From contig CAYQZQ010000001.1 in assembly GCA_964422035.1 (NCBI GenBank), positions 587,786 through 651,785 of the forward strand: a stretch of DNA of 64,000 nt, read 5' to 3'. Of this stretch, positions 38,542 through 47,602 are shown one piece after another. The notes below the pieces were generated by a model. That model made no database searches. It had not been told where the DNA came from and saw nothing but the letters and a program-made list of their open reading frames with translations. Each line of letters begins with the position of its first letter. Positions within the stretch are counted from its first letter, which is position 1. Made by a program: the position numbers and the translations under genes. Source of the stretch: an uncultured Pseudomonadales bacterium (GTDB lineage Bacteria; Patescibacteriota; Microgenomatia; UBA1400; Chazhemtobacteraceae).

Positions 38542-39394
38542 TGTTGGTTGTATTTTGCAATTTTTGTGTTTGTTTGGTAAGTTGAGAGGCAATTTTAGGA
38601 TAAAGAGGGCGGGGGTGAAAATAGGCTGAATGAAGAGTAATGGTTTCTTGAGTGAGTTTGGGCTTCATATATAGATACTGGAGAGTAAAAAGGAGTAGGT
38701 TTAAAGGAGCTAATAGGTAGGTGAAAGGGGAAGCTTTGTTTTTTGATTGTTTTTTGTTAAAAGATTGGTAAGCGTTGGATAAGTGTTTTTTTACCCACGA
38801 GTTTTGAGATAAAAGTTGTTGGTGCGTATTGTGGCGGTCAAAAAGAGGTCTGACTTGAAGTATTTCATGGGCTGTATAGAGATTGCGCTTGGGTTCGGGA
38901 ACAGAGAGACCTAGAGAGTCAAGCCAGAGATTGTTGCAGATGTCATTTGAAGTAATAGCTGTTTTTTGAGGACGGCGGCGAGAGAAAAAAAGTTTGGTTA
39001 TGATGAAAACAAAGGGTCTGGTTATCCAAAGAGTGTGAGGGGTGGTGACAATTAAAATGTCAATGTCGTCTTGAGGACGGGCGTTGTTGACGGCTATTGA
39101 ACCGGTGGCAGCGATTAGATTGATAGTGGGAATGTGTTTTATAAAACTGGTAAGGCGTTGGGCTACTTTTAGCTTTTTTTGACTAATTTTTGTTCTTTTT
39201 TGACGCTTGGGGGTTAGTTGAGAGTGAATATGTTTTTTAAGTTGAGGTGCTTGATTGATAAAGTCTTTTAGCTGCTTTTTGGAGATAATGTGGGGAGAGA
39301 TTAGTCTTTGGTGCAGATCAGTTAAGCTAAGATCATAATCGAAAAAACGGGCATACTGAATCGTGGCAGCGACCGTCTGGTCAAGAGAGGTCAT
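38534..39394 (-). CDS. Pol-beta superfamily nucleotidyltransferase domain protein
   Basis: ATGSIA..DDIDILIV (GS..DxD), CNNLW, YTAHEI. Confidence 0.65.
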   Translation of the reverse strand: MTSLDQTVAATIQYARFFDYDLSLTDLHQRLISPHIISKKQLKDFINQAPQLKKHIHSQLTPKRQKRTKISQKKLKVAQRLTSFIKHIPTINLIAATGSIAVNNARPQDDIDILIVTTPHTLWITRPFVFIITKLFFSRRRPQKTAITSNDICNNLWLDSLGLSVPEPKRNLYTAHEILQVRPLFDRHNTHQQLLSQNSWVKKHLSNAYQSFNKKQSKNKASPFTYLLAPLNLLLFTLQYLYMKPKLTQETITLHSAYFHPRPLYPKIASQLTKQTQKLQNTTNSD

Positions 39395-40962
39395 TGGGCA
39401 GAGTTGAGCTGATATTGAGACAGCACTTGGTTGAAGCCATTTTGTAAGGTGGAAATGGCTTCATCGTCGTTGGGGTTTTTACCTAGAGCATTTAGAGCAT
39501 CTTCTAGGTATTTTATAAGACGAGAGTTGATTCCGGAGGTGCCATCGTGGGTAGAGTCGGTAGTGTAAAAGGTTTGGGTAGAAGAAGTTTGCTGGACAAC
39601 TGGAGCCACTAAGGGATTGGTGGCAATTTGATTTTGAAGGTTTTTATTAGCTGGTGCCTGGGCGTATCCCCTAACCTGGTTGGCGGATTGAAATAAAGAT
39701 TGCTGGGCATTGGTGGAGGCGAGAAATTTGAGAAGTTGCCAGGAAAGTTGACTGTTCTTGCTTGATTTGGGAACAGCCTCTACCCAGAAGTTTGACCAAT
39801 TAACAACAGGGGCTTGAGGAAGCTGAGGTACGGGGTGAGTCTGCCAATTAAAAGCAGGGTTGGCTTGTTTAATCTGAGGAATGCGCCAGGTAGGGGCCAT
39901 ATAGAAGGCGAGTTTGCCTGAGATAAAGGCTTGGGTTGAGCTGGGAAGAGCGGTGCTCCAGGTGGGTTGTTGTGAGTTATTGAATAAAAGGTAGAATTTT
40001 AAAGTTTCCAGAGTTGGTTCAGCTTGCAGTTGGCTTAGATCAACTCCGTTTTGTAAAAGCATCAGAGAAACAATGTCAGGCCAGTGATCAACATTGGTGG
40101 TGGTACCCAAAGCCAAGCCGGCTTGGGTTATTTGCTTGGTGTCAGGGTTTTTTTTGGTGGTTTGGCGGGCTAACTTTTGAAGGTCAGGCCAGTTGGAGGG
40201 AACTTGAGCGTCACCGATTAGGTCGTGATTAACATACAAAACTAAGGAGTCGAAGTTGAGAGGAATGGCGTAGACTTGTCCGTTGATAAGAATTTGATTT
40301 GAGATTACAGAGTAAAAACTGGAGTTGATATCTGAAGAAGATAGTAGGCTTTGAGGAGCTGGTTGAAGTTGAGAAGCAAAAGAGGGAAGCCAAGTAGAGT
40401 GAATACGAACTATATCAGGGGGATTGTTTGAGGAAAGTGCAGTTTGCAGGCGCTGGCGGTAATCGGCTGATGATTGGCTCTTATAACTAACTTTTATATT
40501 TGGATTGTTTTTTTGGAATTGGTCAAAGACCGGTTGCATTATTTGAGGAGTTTCCCAGAGACCGTAGTAAGTAAGAGTGGTGTCTTTGGGGCTTTCTGCA
40601 GGCTTGTCTTGAAGAACAAACTTGTAAATCCCAAAGCCTATGGCGGAGACAACTACTATCCCTATTAGGGCTGGGGCGAGCCATTTAAAGGGAGATGTTT
40701 TGACTGGAGGCTTGGCGGGTTTGGGCTCAGGAGAATCGTTTTGTGGTGGTTGGTTTGATGGAGGCTGATCTATGGGCGGGGGTGGCGGCGAAGATGACTC
40801 TGTTTGATTAGATGGTTGTGAGCTTGGCTGAGAGGGAGGATTAGGTAGAGAAACAGCCTGATCGTTCAAGGGAGTTGGAGGAGCTGTTTCACTGGGTGGT
40901 TGATGAGGTTTGTTTTGAGATGATGAAGGATCGTTTAGAGGAGGATTGGGCAGATTGTCCAT
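39391..40962 (-). CDS. Carbohydrate ABC-type solute-binding protein with Pro-rich N-terminus
   Basis: TM anchor, LTYYGLWE, PDIV, YAIPL..LVLYVN, PSNW, FISGKLA. Confidence 0.85.
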   Translation of the reverse strand: MDNLPNPPLNDPSSSQNKPHQPPSETAPPTPLNDQAVSLPNPPSQPSSQPSNQTESSSPPPPPIDQPPSNQPPQNDSPEPKPAKPPVKTSPFKWLAPALIGIVVVSAIGFGIYKFVLQDKPAESPKDTTLTYYGLWETPQIMQPVFDQFQKNNPNIKVSYKSQSSADYRQRLQTALSSNNPPDIVRIHSTWLPSFASQLQPAPQSLLSSSDINSSFYSVISNQILINGQVYAIPLNFDSLVLYVNHDLIGDAQVPSNWPDLQKLARQTTKKNPDTKQITQAGLALGTTTNVDHWPDIVSLMLLQNGVDLSQLQAEPTLETLKFYLLFNNSQQPTWSTALPSSTQAFISGKLAFYMAPTWRIPQIKQANPAFNWQTHPVPQLPQAPVVNWSNFWVEAVPKSSKNSQLSWQLLKFLASTNAQQSLFQSANQVRGYAQAPANKNLQNQIATNPLVAPVVQQTSSTQTFYTTDSTHDGTSGINSRLIKYLEDALNALGKNPNDDEAISTLQNGFNQVLSQYQLNSAQ

Positions 40963-41037
40963 ATGTTTAAATAATTTTTGCTGTTAAATATGAGTATAAC
41001 AAGAAATGATGTATTAAGGTTATTGTAGAATAAAATT

Positions 41038-42828
41038 GTGAGCAAGAAAAAATGTTCTGTTAAACAATGGTGGAAAAAAGAGTGGGAGCTTCATCCCTTG
41101 TTGGCTAAGGTATTGATTGGTGTGGGGGTGGGAGTAATTTTGCTGGGAATAGTTATTGTTGCATATACTGCAGCGTATTGGAATATGGTTCTACCAGGAG
41201 TGAGGGTGGCTGGCTGGGAAGTTGGCAACAGAAATGGAGAAGAAGTGGCTAATCTAATTGAGGAGAGGATAAGTAGTAGTAATCCTGAGGTGGAGATAGC
41301 TTACGGCGAAGAAAAGAAAATTGTCAGTTGGGAAAAGATAGAAGGAGAAGTTGATGTGGCAAATACTGTTAATAAGGCCTGGACGGTGGGGAGAGAGGGA
41401 AGTTGGTTAGAAAGAGCAGGAAAAGCACAGAGGAGTTTTTTCGAAGGTGTGGATTTGAGTTTAAAGATTAAAGTAAATGAAGAGAGTTTGGATAAAATAA
41501 TTGAAGAAATAGAGGCAGTGATAAATGAAGAGCAGATTAAACCGAGTTTGATTATAGAAAATGAGAAGTTAATTTTGGAGAAGGGCAAGCAAGGTAGAAA
41601 GCTAGAAAGAGAAAAGTTGGAAGAGTTGATTTTGGCGGCCTTTGGCAACTGGGAAAACAAAGAAATTGAAGCACCAGTGAAGACCTTGGGGGAGAGGTTG
41701 AATGAAGAGAAAGCTAAGGAGGCGTTAAGTAAAGCTGAGCAGTTGTTGGGGAAAGAGATGGTGCTTGAGTATGATGGTAAAGACTGGATCCTTGGGGAAG
41801 AAGATTTATTAACGTGGGTAAAGATAAACGAAGGAGGAGGTTTTGATAGACAGGCAGTATCAGAAACTGTTGGCAGTTTGGCTGAGGGGATAAATCGAGA
41901 ATCTGAGAATGCTGCCTTTAAGTTTGAGGATGGACAGGTCAAGGAGTTTAGGGCGGCAAAGGAAGGATGGACTGTTAGAGAGAAAGAGCTCGTCGATAAA
42001 ATTATGGAGGCGTGGAATGAAATTTTGAGTAAAGATAAATTAAACATAAAAGTTCCGATCAGTAAAACTAAACCAGAAATCACAACAGGTGAGGTTAATA
42101 ACTTGGGCATTGAAGAGCTAATAGGCAGAGGTGACTCAACTTATTATCACTCTATCCCCAACCGAGTTCACAATGTTGGCTTGGCAGCTAGAAGAATAAG
42201 TGGAGCCTTAATTGAACCAGGAGAGGTTTTTTCTTTTAATGAGCATTTAGGAGATGTGTCACAAGCCACGGGATACAAAAGTGCTTATGTAATCAGCAAC
42301 GGAAGAACAGAGCTGGGTGATGGTGGGGGTGTTTGCCAGGTGTCGACGACGATGTTTAGGGCAGCATTGGATGCGGGACTACCTATAGTTGAAAGACATG
42401 CTCATTCGTATAGAGTTTCTTATTATGAGCAAGACTCACCTGCGGGTATTGACGCAACAGTGTTTGCCCCTAGAGTGGATTTGAAGTTTAAAAATAATAC
42501 ACCCAGTCATATTCTTATTCAAGCAGTGGTTGATGAAAGTAATCGTTATCTAGCGTTTGAAATTTATGGAACGGATGATGGTAGAAGTGTTGAGATTAGC
42601 AAACCAAAAGTGTGGGGGCAGACACCTCCACCGCCGCCCTTATATGAAGATGACCCAACTTTGCCAGAAGGGCAGGTAAAACAAATTGACTGGGCAGCTT
42701 GGGGAGCAAAAGCAAGTTTTGATTACGAAGTTGTGTCTGCAGACGGGGAAGTGCTTATTGATGACAGTTTTTACAGCAATTACCAACCCTGGCAAGCGAT
42801 TTATTTGAGAGGAACAAAGAAAGAGTAA
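41038..42828 (+). CDS. VanW family protein with peptidoglycan-binding repeats
   Basis: NRVHNV, PGEVFSFN, GGGVCQVSTT, ERHAHSY, DATV, DLKFKN. Confidence 0.9.
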   Translation: MSKKKCSVKQWWKKEWELHPLLAKVLIGVGVGVILLGIVIVAYTAAYWNMVLPGVRVAGWEVGNRNGEEVANLIEERISSSNPEVEIAYGEEKKIVSWEKIEGEVDVANTVNKAWTVGREGSWLERAGKAQRSFFEGVDLSLKIKVNEESLDKIIEEIEAVINEEQIKPSLIIENEKLILEKGKQGRKLEREKLEELILAAFGNWENKEIEAPVKTLGERLNEEKAKEALSKAEQLLGKEMVLEYDGKDWILGEEDLLTWVKINEGGGFDRQAVSETVGSLAEGINRESENAAFKFEDGQVKEFRAAKEGWTVREKELVDKIMEAWNEILSKDKLNIKVPISKTKPEITTGEVNNLGIEELIGRGDSTYYHSIPNRVHNVGLAARRISGALIEPGEVFSFNEHLGDVSQATGYKSAYVISNGRTELGDGGGVCQVSTTMFRAALDAGLPIVERHAHSYRVSYYEQDSPAGIDATVFAPRVDLKFKNNTPSHILIQAVVDESNRYLAFEIYGTDDGRSVEISKPKVWGQTPPPPPLYEDDPTLPEGQVKQIDWAAWGAKASFDYEVVSADGEVLIDDSFYSNYQPWQAIYLRGTKKE

Positions 42829-42834
42829 TATTTT

Positions 42835-43857
42835 ATGATTTTGTCTATTGAAAGTAGTTGTGATGAAACAGGAGCGGCTGTGGTGAGAAAACAGAGACAG
42901 GGAGTTGAGATAATGGCCTCTGTTAAAGCCAGTAGTGAGGAGCTGCAGACCGAGTACGGTGGGGTAGTACCGGAAGTAGCAGCAAGAGAACAAATAAAGG
43001 TGGTTTTGCCTGTAATTGAAAGAGTTATGAGTAAGGCAGGGGTTGATAAAGATGATATTGGAGCGGTGGCAGTAACGGTGGGGCCGGGTCTAATGGGCAG
43101 TTTGTTAATTGGAGTGGAGACTAGCAAAGCTCTGTCTTGGGGGTGGGACAAGAAGCTTTTGGCAGTTAATCATATGCAAGGACATGTATTGGCAAACTGG
43201 ATTAAACAAGAAAATGGCTGGAAGCCTCCTACTCTACCAGCCTTAGCCTTGGTGGTAAGCGGGGGGCACACTGATTTAGTGTTGATTGAAAGTTTAGATG
43301 AGTGGAGTCGAGTGGGAGGAACAAGAGATGATGCAGCAGGAGAATGTTTTGACAAGGCGGCAAGGGCGTTGGGGTTGGGTTATCCAGGGGGGCCGGAGAT
43401 TGAAAGATGGGCAGGGAAAATAAATAAAAGCAGGTTTAAGCTACCCAGGCCGCTTATACATGATGATGGTCTGGAGTTGAGTTTTAGTGGCTTGAAAACG
43501 GCTGTGGTGAGAGAGGTGGAGAAAGCGGAAGATTTGGATGAACAGGTGCGATCAGAGTTAGCCTGGGAAATAAATGAGGCAGTGGTTGATGTCTTGGCGG
43601 AGAAAACAAAACGGGCGGTAGTTAAGTTTGCACCTGAAAGTTTATTGTTGGCAGGAGGGGTGGCGGCAAACAGAAAATTGCGAGATAGATTAAGTGATAT
43701 GTCTGGTAAATGGGGGCTTGATTTTAGAGTGCCTGATTTTGCCTTTTGTACTGATAATGCAGCAATGATTGGAGCGGCGGCGGTAATGATGGAAACAAAA
43801 GTAGACAAGTTAAGTTTGAGGCCGAAGGTAAATTTAGGTACGGCTGAGCAGGTGTGA
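42835..43857 (+). CDS. tsaD: tRNA N6-adenosine threonylcarbamoyltransferase
   Basis: IESSCDET, YGGVVPE, NHMQGH, VSGGHT, DDAAGECFDK, CTDNAAMI. Confidence 0.96.
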   Translation: MILSIESSCDETGAAVVRKQRQGVEIMASVKASSEELQTEYGGVVPEVAAREQIKVVLPVIERVMSKAGVDKDDIGAVAVTVGPGLMGSLLIGVETSKALSWGWDKKLLAVNHMQGHVLANWIKQENGWKPPTLPALALVVSGGHTDLVLIESLDEWSRVGGTRDDAAGECFDKAARALGLGYPGGPEIERWAGKINKSRFKLPRPLIHDDGLELSFSGLKTAVVREVEKAEDLDEQVRSELAWEINEAVVDVLAEKTKRAVVKFAPESLLLAGGVAANRKLRDRLSDMSGKWGLDFRVPDFAFCTDNAAMIGAAAVMMETKVDKLSLRPKVNLGTAEQV

Positions 43858-43874
43858 TAAAATTTAGCTACTGA

Positions 43875-44030
43875 GACGTTGATCAGGTTAGTCACCTGAG
43901 AGTCGAGAAAGGAAAGGCCTTTGTGGCCAAGTAGAGTTCTCCGGGCAAGCCCGTAACAGCTGGAATAGTTAGAAAACAAGGTGGTACCGCGAGACATTCG
44001 CCCTTGGCCGTTTAAGGTCGGGGTGTTTTT
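43875..44030 (+). promoter_or_regulatory. T-box riboswitch (Val) with ultra-short stem I and intrinsic terminator
   Basis: Antiterminator AAGG-TGGTACC-GCGA..TCGC-CCTT (43978-44005); stem II with GAA/AGTA S-turn; IIA/B GGGC-AA-GCCCGTAA; terminator hairpin plus T-run; upstream of valS. Confidence 0.9.
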
Positions 44031-44046
44031 ATTTATATAAACAAAC

Positions 44047-46248
44047 ATGGACAAACGATACTCGTTTGAAAAAGAACAAGAAATTTATAAGAAATGGGAG
44101 GATAATGGGGTTTTTGAAGCACCTGACAAAAAGGAGGCTGAAGAGAAAAGTCTTGAGGCTTTTAGTATTATCATGCCTCCACCAAATGCAAATGATCCTT
44201 TACATATTGGCCATGCTTTATTTGTGTCGCTTGAGGATTTATTGGCTAGATATGAGCGAATGCAAGGGAAAGCTGTGCTTTGGTTGCCAGGGGCGGATCA
44301 TGCAGGAATAGAGACTCAGTATGTTTTTGAAGACAAGTTAGCTAAAATGGATAAAAGCCGGTTTGATTTTGATCGTGAGAGCTTGTTTGAAAAGATAAGT
44401 TATTATGTTGAAGAGAAGAGTGGAGTGGCGATTGATCAGATGAAAAGACTGGGGGCAAGCGCGGATTGGAGCAGGTTTAAATACACACTTGACGGAGATG
44501 TGATCTCATATGTAAACAAAACTTTTAAAAAGTTGTATAAAGACGATCTGGTATATCGTGATGAAAGACTGGTTAATTACTGCACCAGTTGTGGAACAAG
44601 TTATTCTGAACTGGAAGTTGAATACAGAGAAAATGAGGGAAAGTTGTATATTATTAGCTATCCTCTGGTAGAGGGTGAGGGGGATGTTAAAGTAGCAACA
44701 ACCAGGCCGGAGACAATGTTGGGAGACACGGCAGTGGCGGTTAATCCGGATGACAAGCGATATAAAGATCTGGTAGGCAAGAAAGTGAAGCTGCCATTGG
44801 TGGGAAGAGAGATAGAAATTATCGCTGATGAGAAGGTTGATAAAGAGCTAGGTACGGGAGCGGTTAAAGTTACTCCGGCTCATGATGAGACTGATTGGAG
44901 AATTGGAGTTGATCATGATCTGGAAATGATAAAGGTGATTAAGATGGATGGAACTATGAGTGAAAAAGCAGGGGAGTTTGCAGGCTTGAAAGTCAACGAG
45001 GCTCGTGAGAAGGTGATTGAGAAGTTAAATGAAGAAGAGCGATTGATTGAGACAAGGAACCATAAGCATCGGGTGGGTCATTGTTATCGATGCGATGAAA
45101 TAATTGAACCCCTACCGCATTTGCAGTTTTTTATAAAAGTTAAGCCTTTGGTAAAAGAAGTTCTAAAGGCTTTGGATGATGAAAAAGTGGAGATTGTGGG
45201 GCCGGGACAGGAAAAAGTAATGAGACACTGGTTGGAAAACTTAAGAGACTGGAACATATCAAGGCAGATTGTCTGGGGAATAAGGATGCCTGTTTGGTAC
45301 AGTACTGAGTTAAACCCTGAACTTAAAGTGGTGTTTTTAGATAAAAAAGGAGAGAAAATTAAAGGCGAGGTAGGTAAATTGATAGATAAATATACTTTGG
45401 CTGAAATTGAGGATGGGCTGCAAGAACTGCAGGCAAAAAAGGATAGTGAGTTTGTGGTTTCTGAGAATAAGCCAGGAGATGAGTTTTTGCAGGAGACAGA
45501 CACTTTTGATACTTGGTTTTCCTCCTCACAGTGGCCAGTGGTGAGTTTGAAGACTAATAGACAGGGAGATTTTGAGTACTACTACCCTACTTCCATTATG
45601 GAAACAGCTTATGATATTTTGATTTTCTGGGTGATGAGAATGTTGATGATGGGGATTTATTTAACTGATCAGGTGCCGTTTGAGAGAGTGTACCTGCATG
45701 GGTTAATTAGAGATGAAGAAGGAGAAAAGATGAGTAAATCAAAGGGAAATGTAATTAATCCCTTAACGATGATTGAAAAGTATGGGGCAGATGCCTTGCG
45801 AATGGGACTGGTGATGAGTTCTGCGGCAGGACAAGATAAAAATGTGGGAGAAAGTGACATTAAAGGTATGAGAAACTTTGCTAATAAAATATGGAATGCG
45901 GCAAGATTTATCGAGATGAGTGCTGGTGATGAAGATGGTGATTGCAAGGGAGACGAGAAGTTTTTTGAAAGTCTAGATCAAGTAACAACTGACGTGGGTG
46001 AACATCTGGATAATTTGAGAGTTGGCCTGGCGGCTGAGACAGCACATAATAAGTTCTGGCACTGGTATTGTGATGAATGTATTGAAAAAACAAAACAGGG
46101 TGAAATTGGCCAGGCGGCTCTGCAGAAAGGCTTGCGAGTATTTTTGAAATTGCTGCATCCGTTTGTTCCGTTTGTAACCGAGTCGGTTTGGCAGGAGTTG
46201 GGTGAGGAGGGATTGTTGATCGAACAGAACTGGCCTAGTATAAAATAA
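44047..46248 (+). CDS. valS: Valine--tRNA ligase, lacking C-terminal coiled-coil arm
   Basis: PPPN..LHIGH, DHAGI, TTRPET, GTGAVKVTPAHD, DWNISRQ, KMSKSKGN. Confidence 0.97.
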   Translation: MDKRYSFEKEQEIYKKWEDNGVFEAPDKKEAEEKSLEAFSIIMPPPNANDPLHIGHALFVSLEDLLARYERMQGKAVLWLPGADHAGIETQYVFEDKLAKMDKSRFDFDRESLFEKISYYVEEKSGVAIDQMKRLGASADWSRFKYTLDGDVISYVNKTFKKLYKDDLVYRDERLVNYCTSCGTSYSELEVEYRENEGKLYIISYPLVEGEGDVKVATTRPETMLGDTAVAVNPDDKRYKDLVGKKVKLPLVGREIEIIADEKVDKELGTGAVKVTPAHDETDWRIGVDHDLEMIKVIKMDGTMSEKAGEFAGLKVNEAREKVIEKLNEEERLIETRNHKHRVGHCYRCDEIIEPLPHLQFFIKVKPLVKEVLKALDDEKVEIVGPGQEKVMRHWLENLRDWNISRQIVWGIRMPVWYSTELNPELKVVFLDKKGEKIKGEVGKLIDKYTLAEIEDGLQELQAKKDSEFVVSENKPGDEFLQETDTFDTWFSSSQWPVVSLKTNRQGDFEYYYPTSIMETAYDILIFWVMRMLMMGIYLTDQVPFERVYLHGLIRDEEGEKMSKSKGNVINPLTMIEKYGADALRMGLVMSSAAGQDKNVGESDIKGMRNFANKIWNAARFIEMSAGDEDGDCKGDEKFFESLDQVTTDVGEHLDNLRVGLAAETAHNKFWHWYCDECIEKTKQGEIGQAALQKGLRVFLKLLHPFVPFVTESVWQELGEEGLLIEQNWPSIK

Positions 46249-46252
46249 ACTA

Positions 46253-46804
46253 GTGACGAAAAAAAATAAACAAGAAAGCAAGCAAAAACAAGATGAGGGC
46301 AGCGCAAAAGGTTTGTTTTATAGTTCTCCACTGATATTAGGACTGAAGAGTTTGATTCCGGTTCTTGTGGTTTTATTAATTTCTGTGTTAGCTTTGAGAT
46401 CTACCCAGGGGAGCAGAAAAAGAGCTTTGATGAAGACGGGGGAAGAGGTTGGCTCTCCCCTAGCCCATCGAGAGTTGGCTAAAAAGGCGGCATTGGCTAA
46501 TGACTATCAGTTAGCTGAGAAAGAGTATTTTAGAGGTCTTGATCTGGTTGATAATCAGTCGGCTGTATTGGGTTGGGAGTCTGATCTTGAGTCTGTTGTG
46601 TTTCCTGACAGGAGTTTGAGGAAAAGAATAGAGAGATGGCTTGAGTTGGTAGAGAGAACTGCTTCAAGGGAGATATATCTTAAGATTGCAATCGGTTATT
46701 GGAAGTTGGGAGAGAAAGAGTCAAGCTTTGAGTATTGGGAAAAAGCAAGCAAGCTTGACCCAAATGACAGACAAGTTCTTGAAGTAAAACAGTTATATAA
46801 CTGA
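46253..46804 (+). CDS. Membrane-anchored TPR-like protein
   Basis: One TM; YLKIAIGYWKLGE..KASKLDPN TPR pattern. Confidence 0.6.
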   Translation: MTKKNKQESKQKQDEGSAKGLFYSSPLILGLKSLIPVLVVLLISVLALRSTQGSRKRALMKTGEEVGSPLAHRELAKKAALANDYQLAEKEYFRGLDLVDNQSAVLGWESDLESVVFPDRSLRKRIERWLELVERTASREIYLKIAIGYWKLGEKESSFEYWEKASKLDPNDRQVLEVKQLYN

Positions 46805-46806
46805 GA

Positions 46807-47526
46807 TTATTTTTCTTCCGGCTTTTCTTCTACTTCTTCACCTTCAGGAGTTTCGCCTTCTTGCTCCTCTTCACCTTCAGGAGTTTCGCCTTCTTCGCCC
46901 TCTGGTACTTCACCTTCTTCAAGTTCTTCCTCTGCTGGAGGAGGAGCGATTTCTTCTTCTTCTCGAGGCTCTTGAGCCTGAACAGCTTCCATCTCCTTAT
47001 CTATTTGAAGATTTATTTTTTCTCTATCTATGTCGAAGTCTTCAGTTGAAAGAGAGTCGCCGATGTCTTGGAGAGAGGAGATGTCAAGTTCTAATTTATC
47101 GGGTAGGTCTGTAGGTAAGGCTTGTACATCGAGTTGATCGAGAAGTTTGACGATAACAGCACCTTTTTCTTGGGCGGGAGCTTCACCTTTAAGAACAACA
47201 GGGACAGTAGCAATAACTTTTTCTTTAAGATCGATTTGTCGAAAGTCAACATGAATTGGATTTCCGGAAACAGGATGAAATTGAACCTGGCTAATTAAAA
47301 CTGGTCGCTCTTTGTCTTCCCCTTTTATCTCAAGGCTTAAGACAGAAGTCTCTCCTATTTTATCGTAGAGTTGTTCGAAGTCGACTTGGGAGAGCTTTAC
47401 AGCTTGGGAGTCAACGTCTTTTCCGTAGATGTTGGCGGGCAAGATGTCTTCTCTTCGAAGTTGTTTAACTTTGCGACCTTTAAGATCTCTTTTTTCTGCT
47501 TTTAGTTTTGATTGTTTTTTAGCCAT
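46807..47526 (-). CDS. rplY: 50S ribosomal protein L25 (Ctc type) with acidic tail
   Basis: VKQLRR..LPANIYG, VQFHPV..HVDF, VPVVLKGEAP. Confidence 0.95.
   Translation of the reverse strand: MAKKQSKLKAEKRDLKGRKVKQLRREDILPANIYGKDVDSQAVKLSQVDFEQLYDKIGETSVLSLEIKGEDKERPVLISQVQFHPVSGNPIHVDFRQIDLKEKVIATVPVVLKGEAPAQEKGAVIVKLLDQLDVQALPTDLPDKLELDISSLQDIGDSLSTEDFDIDREKINLQIDKEMEAVQAQEPREEEEIAPPPAEEELEEGEVPEGEEGETPEGEEEQEGETPEGEEVEEKPEEK
46835..46895. repeat. 28-bp direct repeat x2 in the rplY acidic tail
   Basis: tcttcaccttcaggagtttcgccttctt at 46835-46862 and 46868-46895 (EGETPEGEE). Confidence 0.85.
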
Positions 47527-47602
47527 GAATGATTTTAAGTGTTAACCGACTGGTAGTGATTTTAGCACAAGTTGGGCTTTAGAGAAAATTTGGTGGCTAT
47601 TT

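Noticed and set aside
41301-42110. 269-aa antisense ORF, and similar shadow ORFs such as 43380-44054, 29633-30115 and 7830-8282
   Set aside because: Antisense to well-supported genes; Ser/Leu/Phe-rich composition is expected from the strand bias
43931-43933. GTA as the T-box Val specifier
   Set aside because: It is part of the AGTA S-turn of stem II; GTC in the stem I loop fits better
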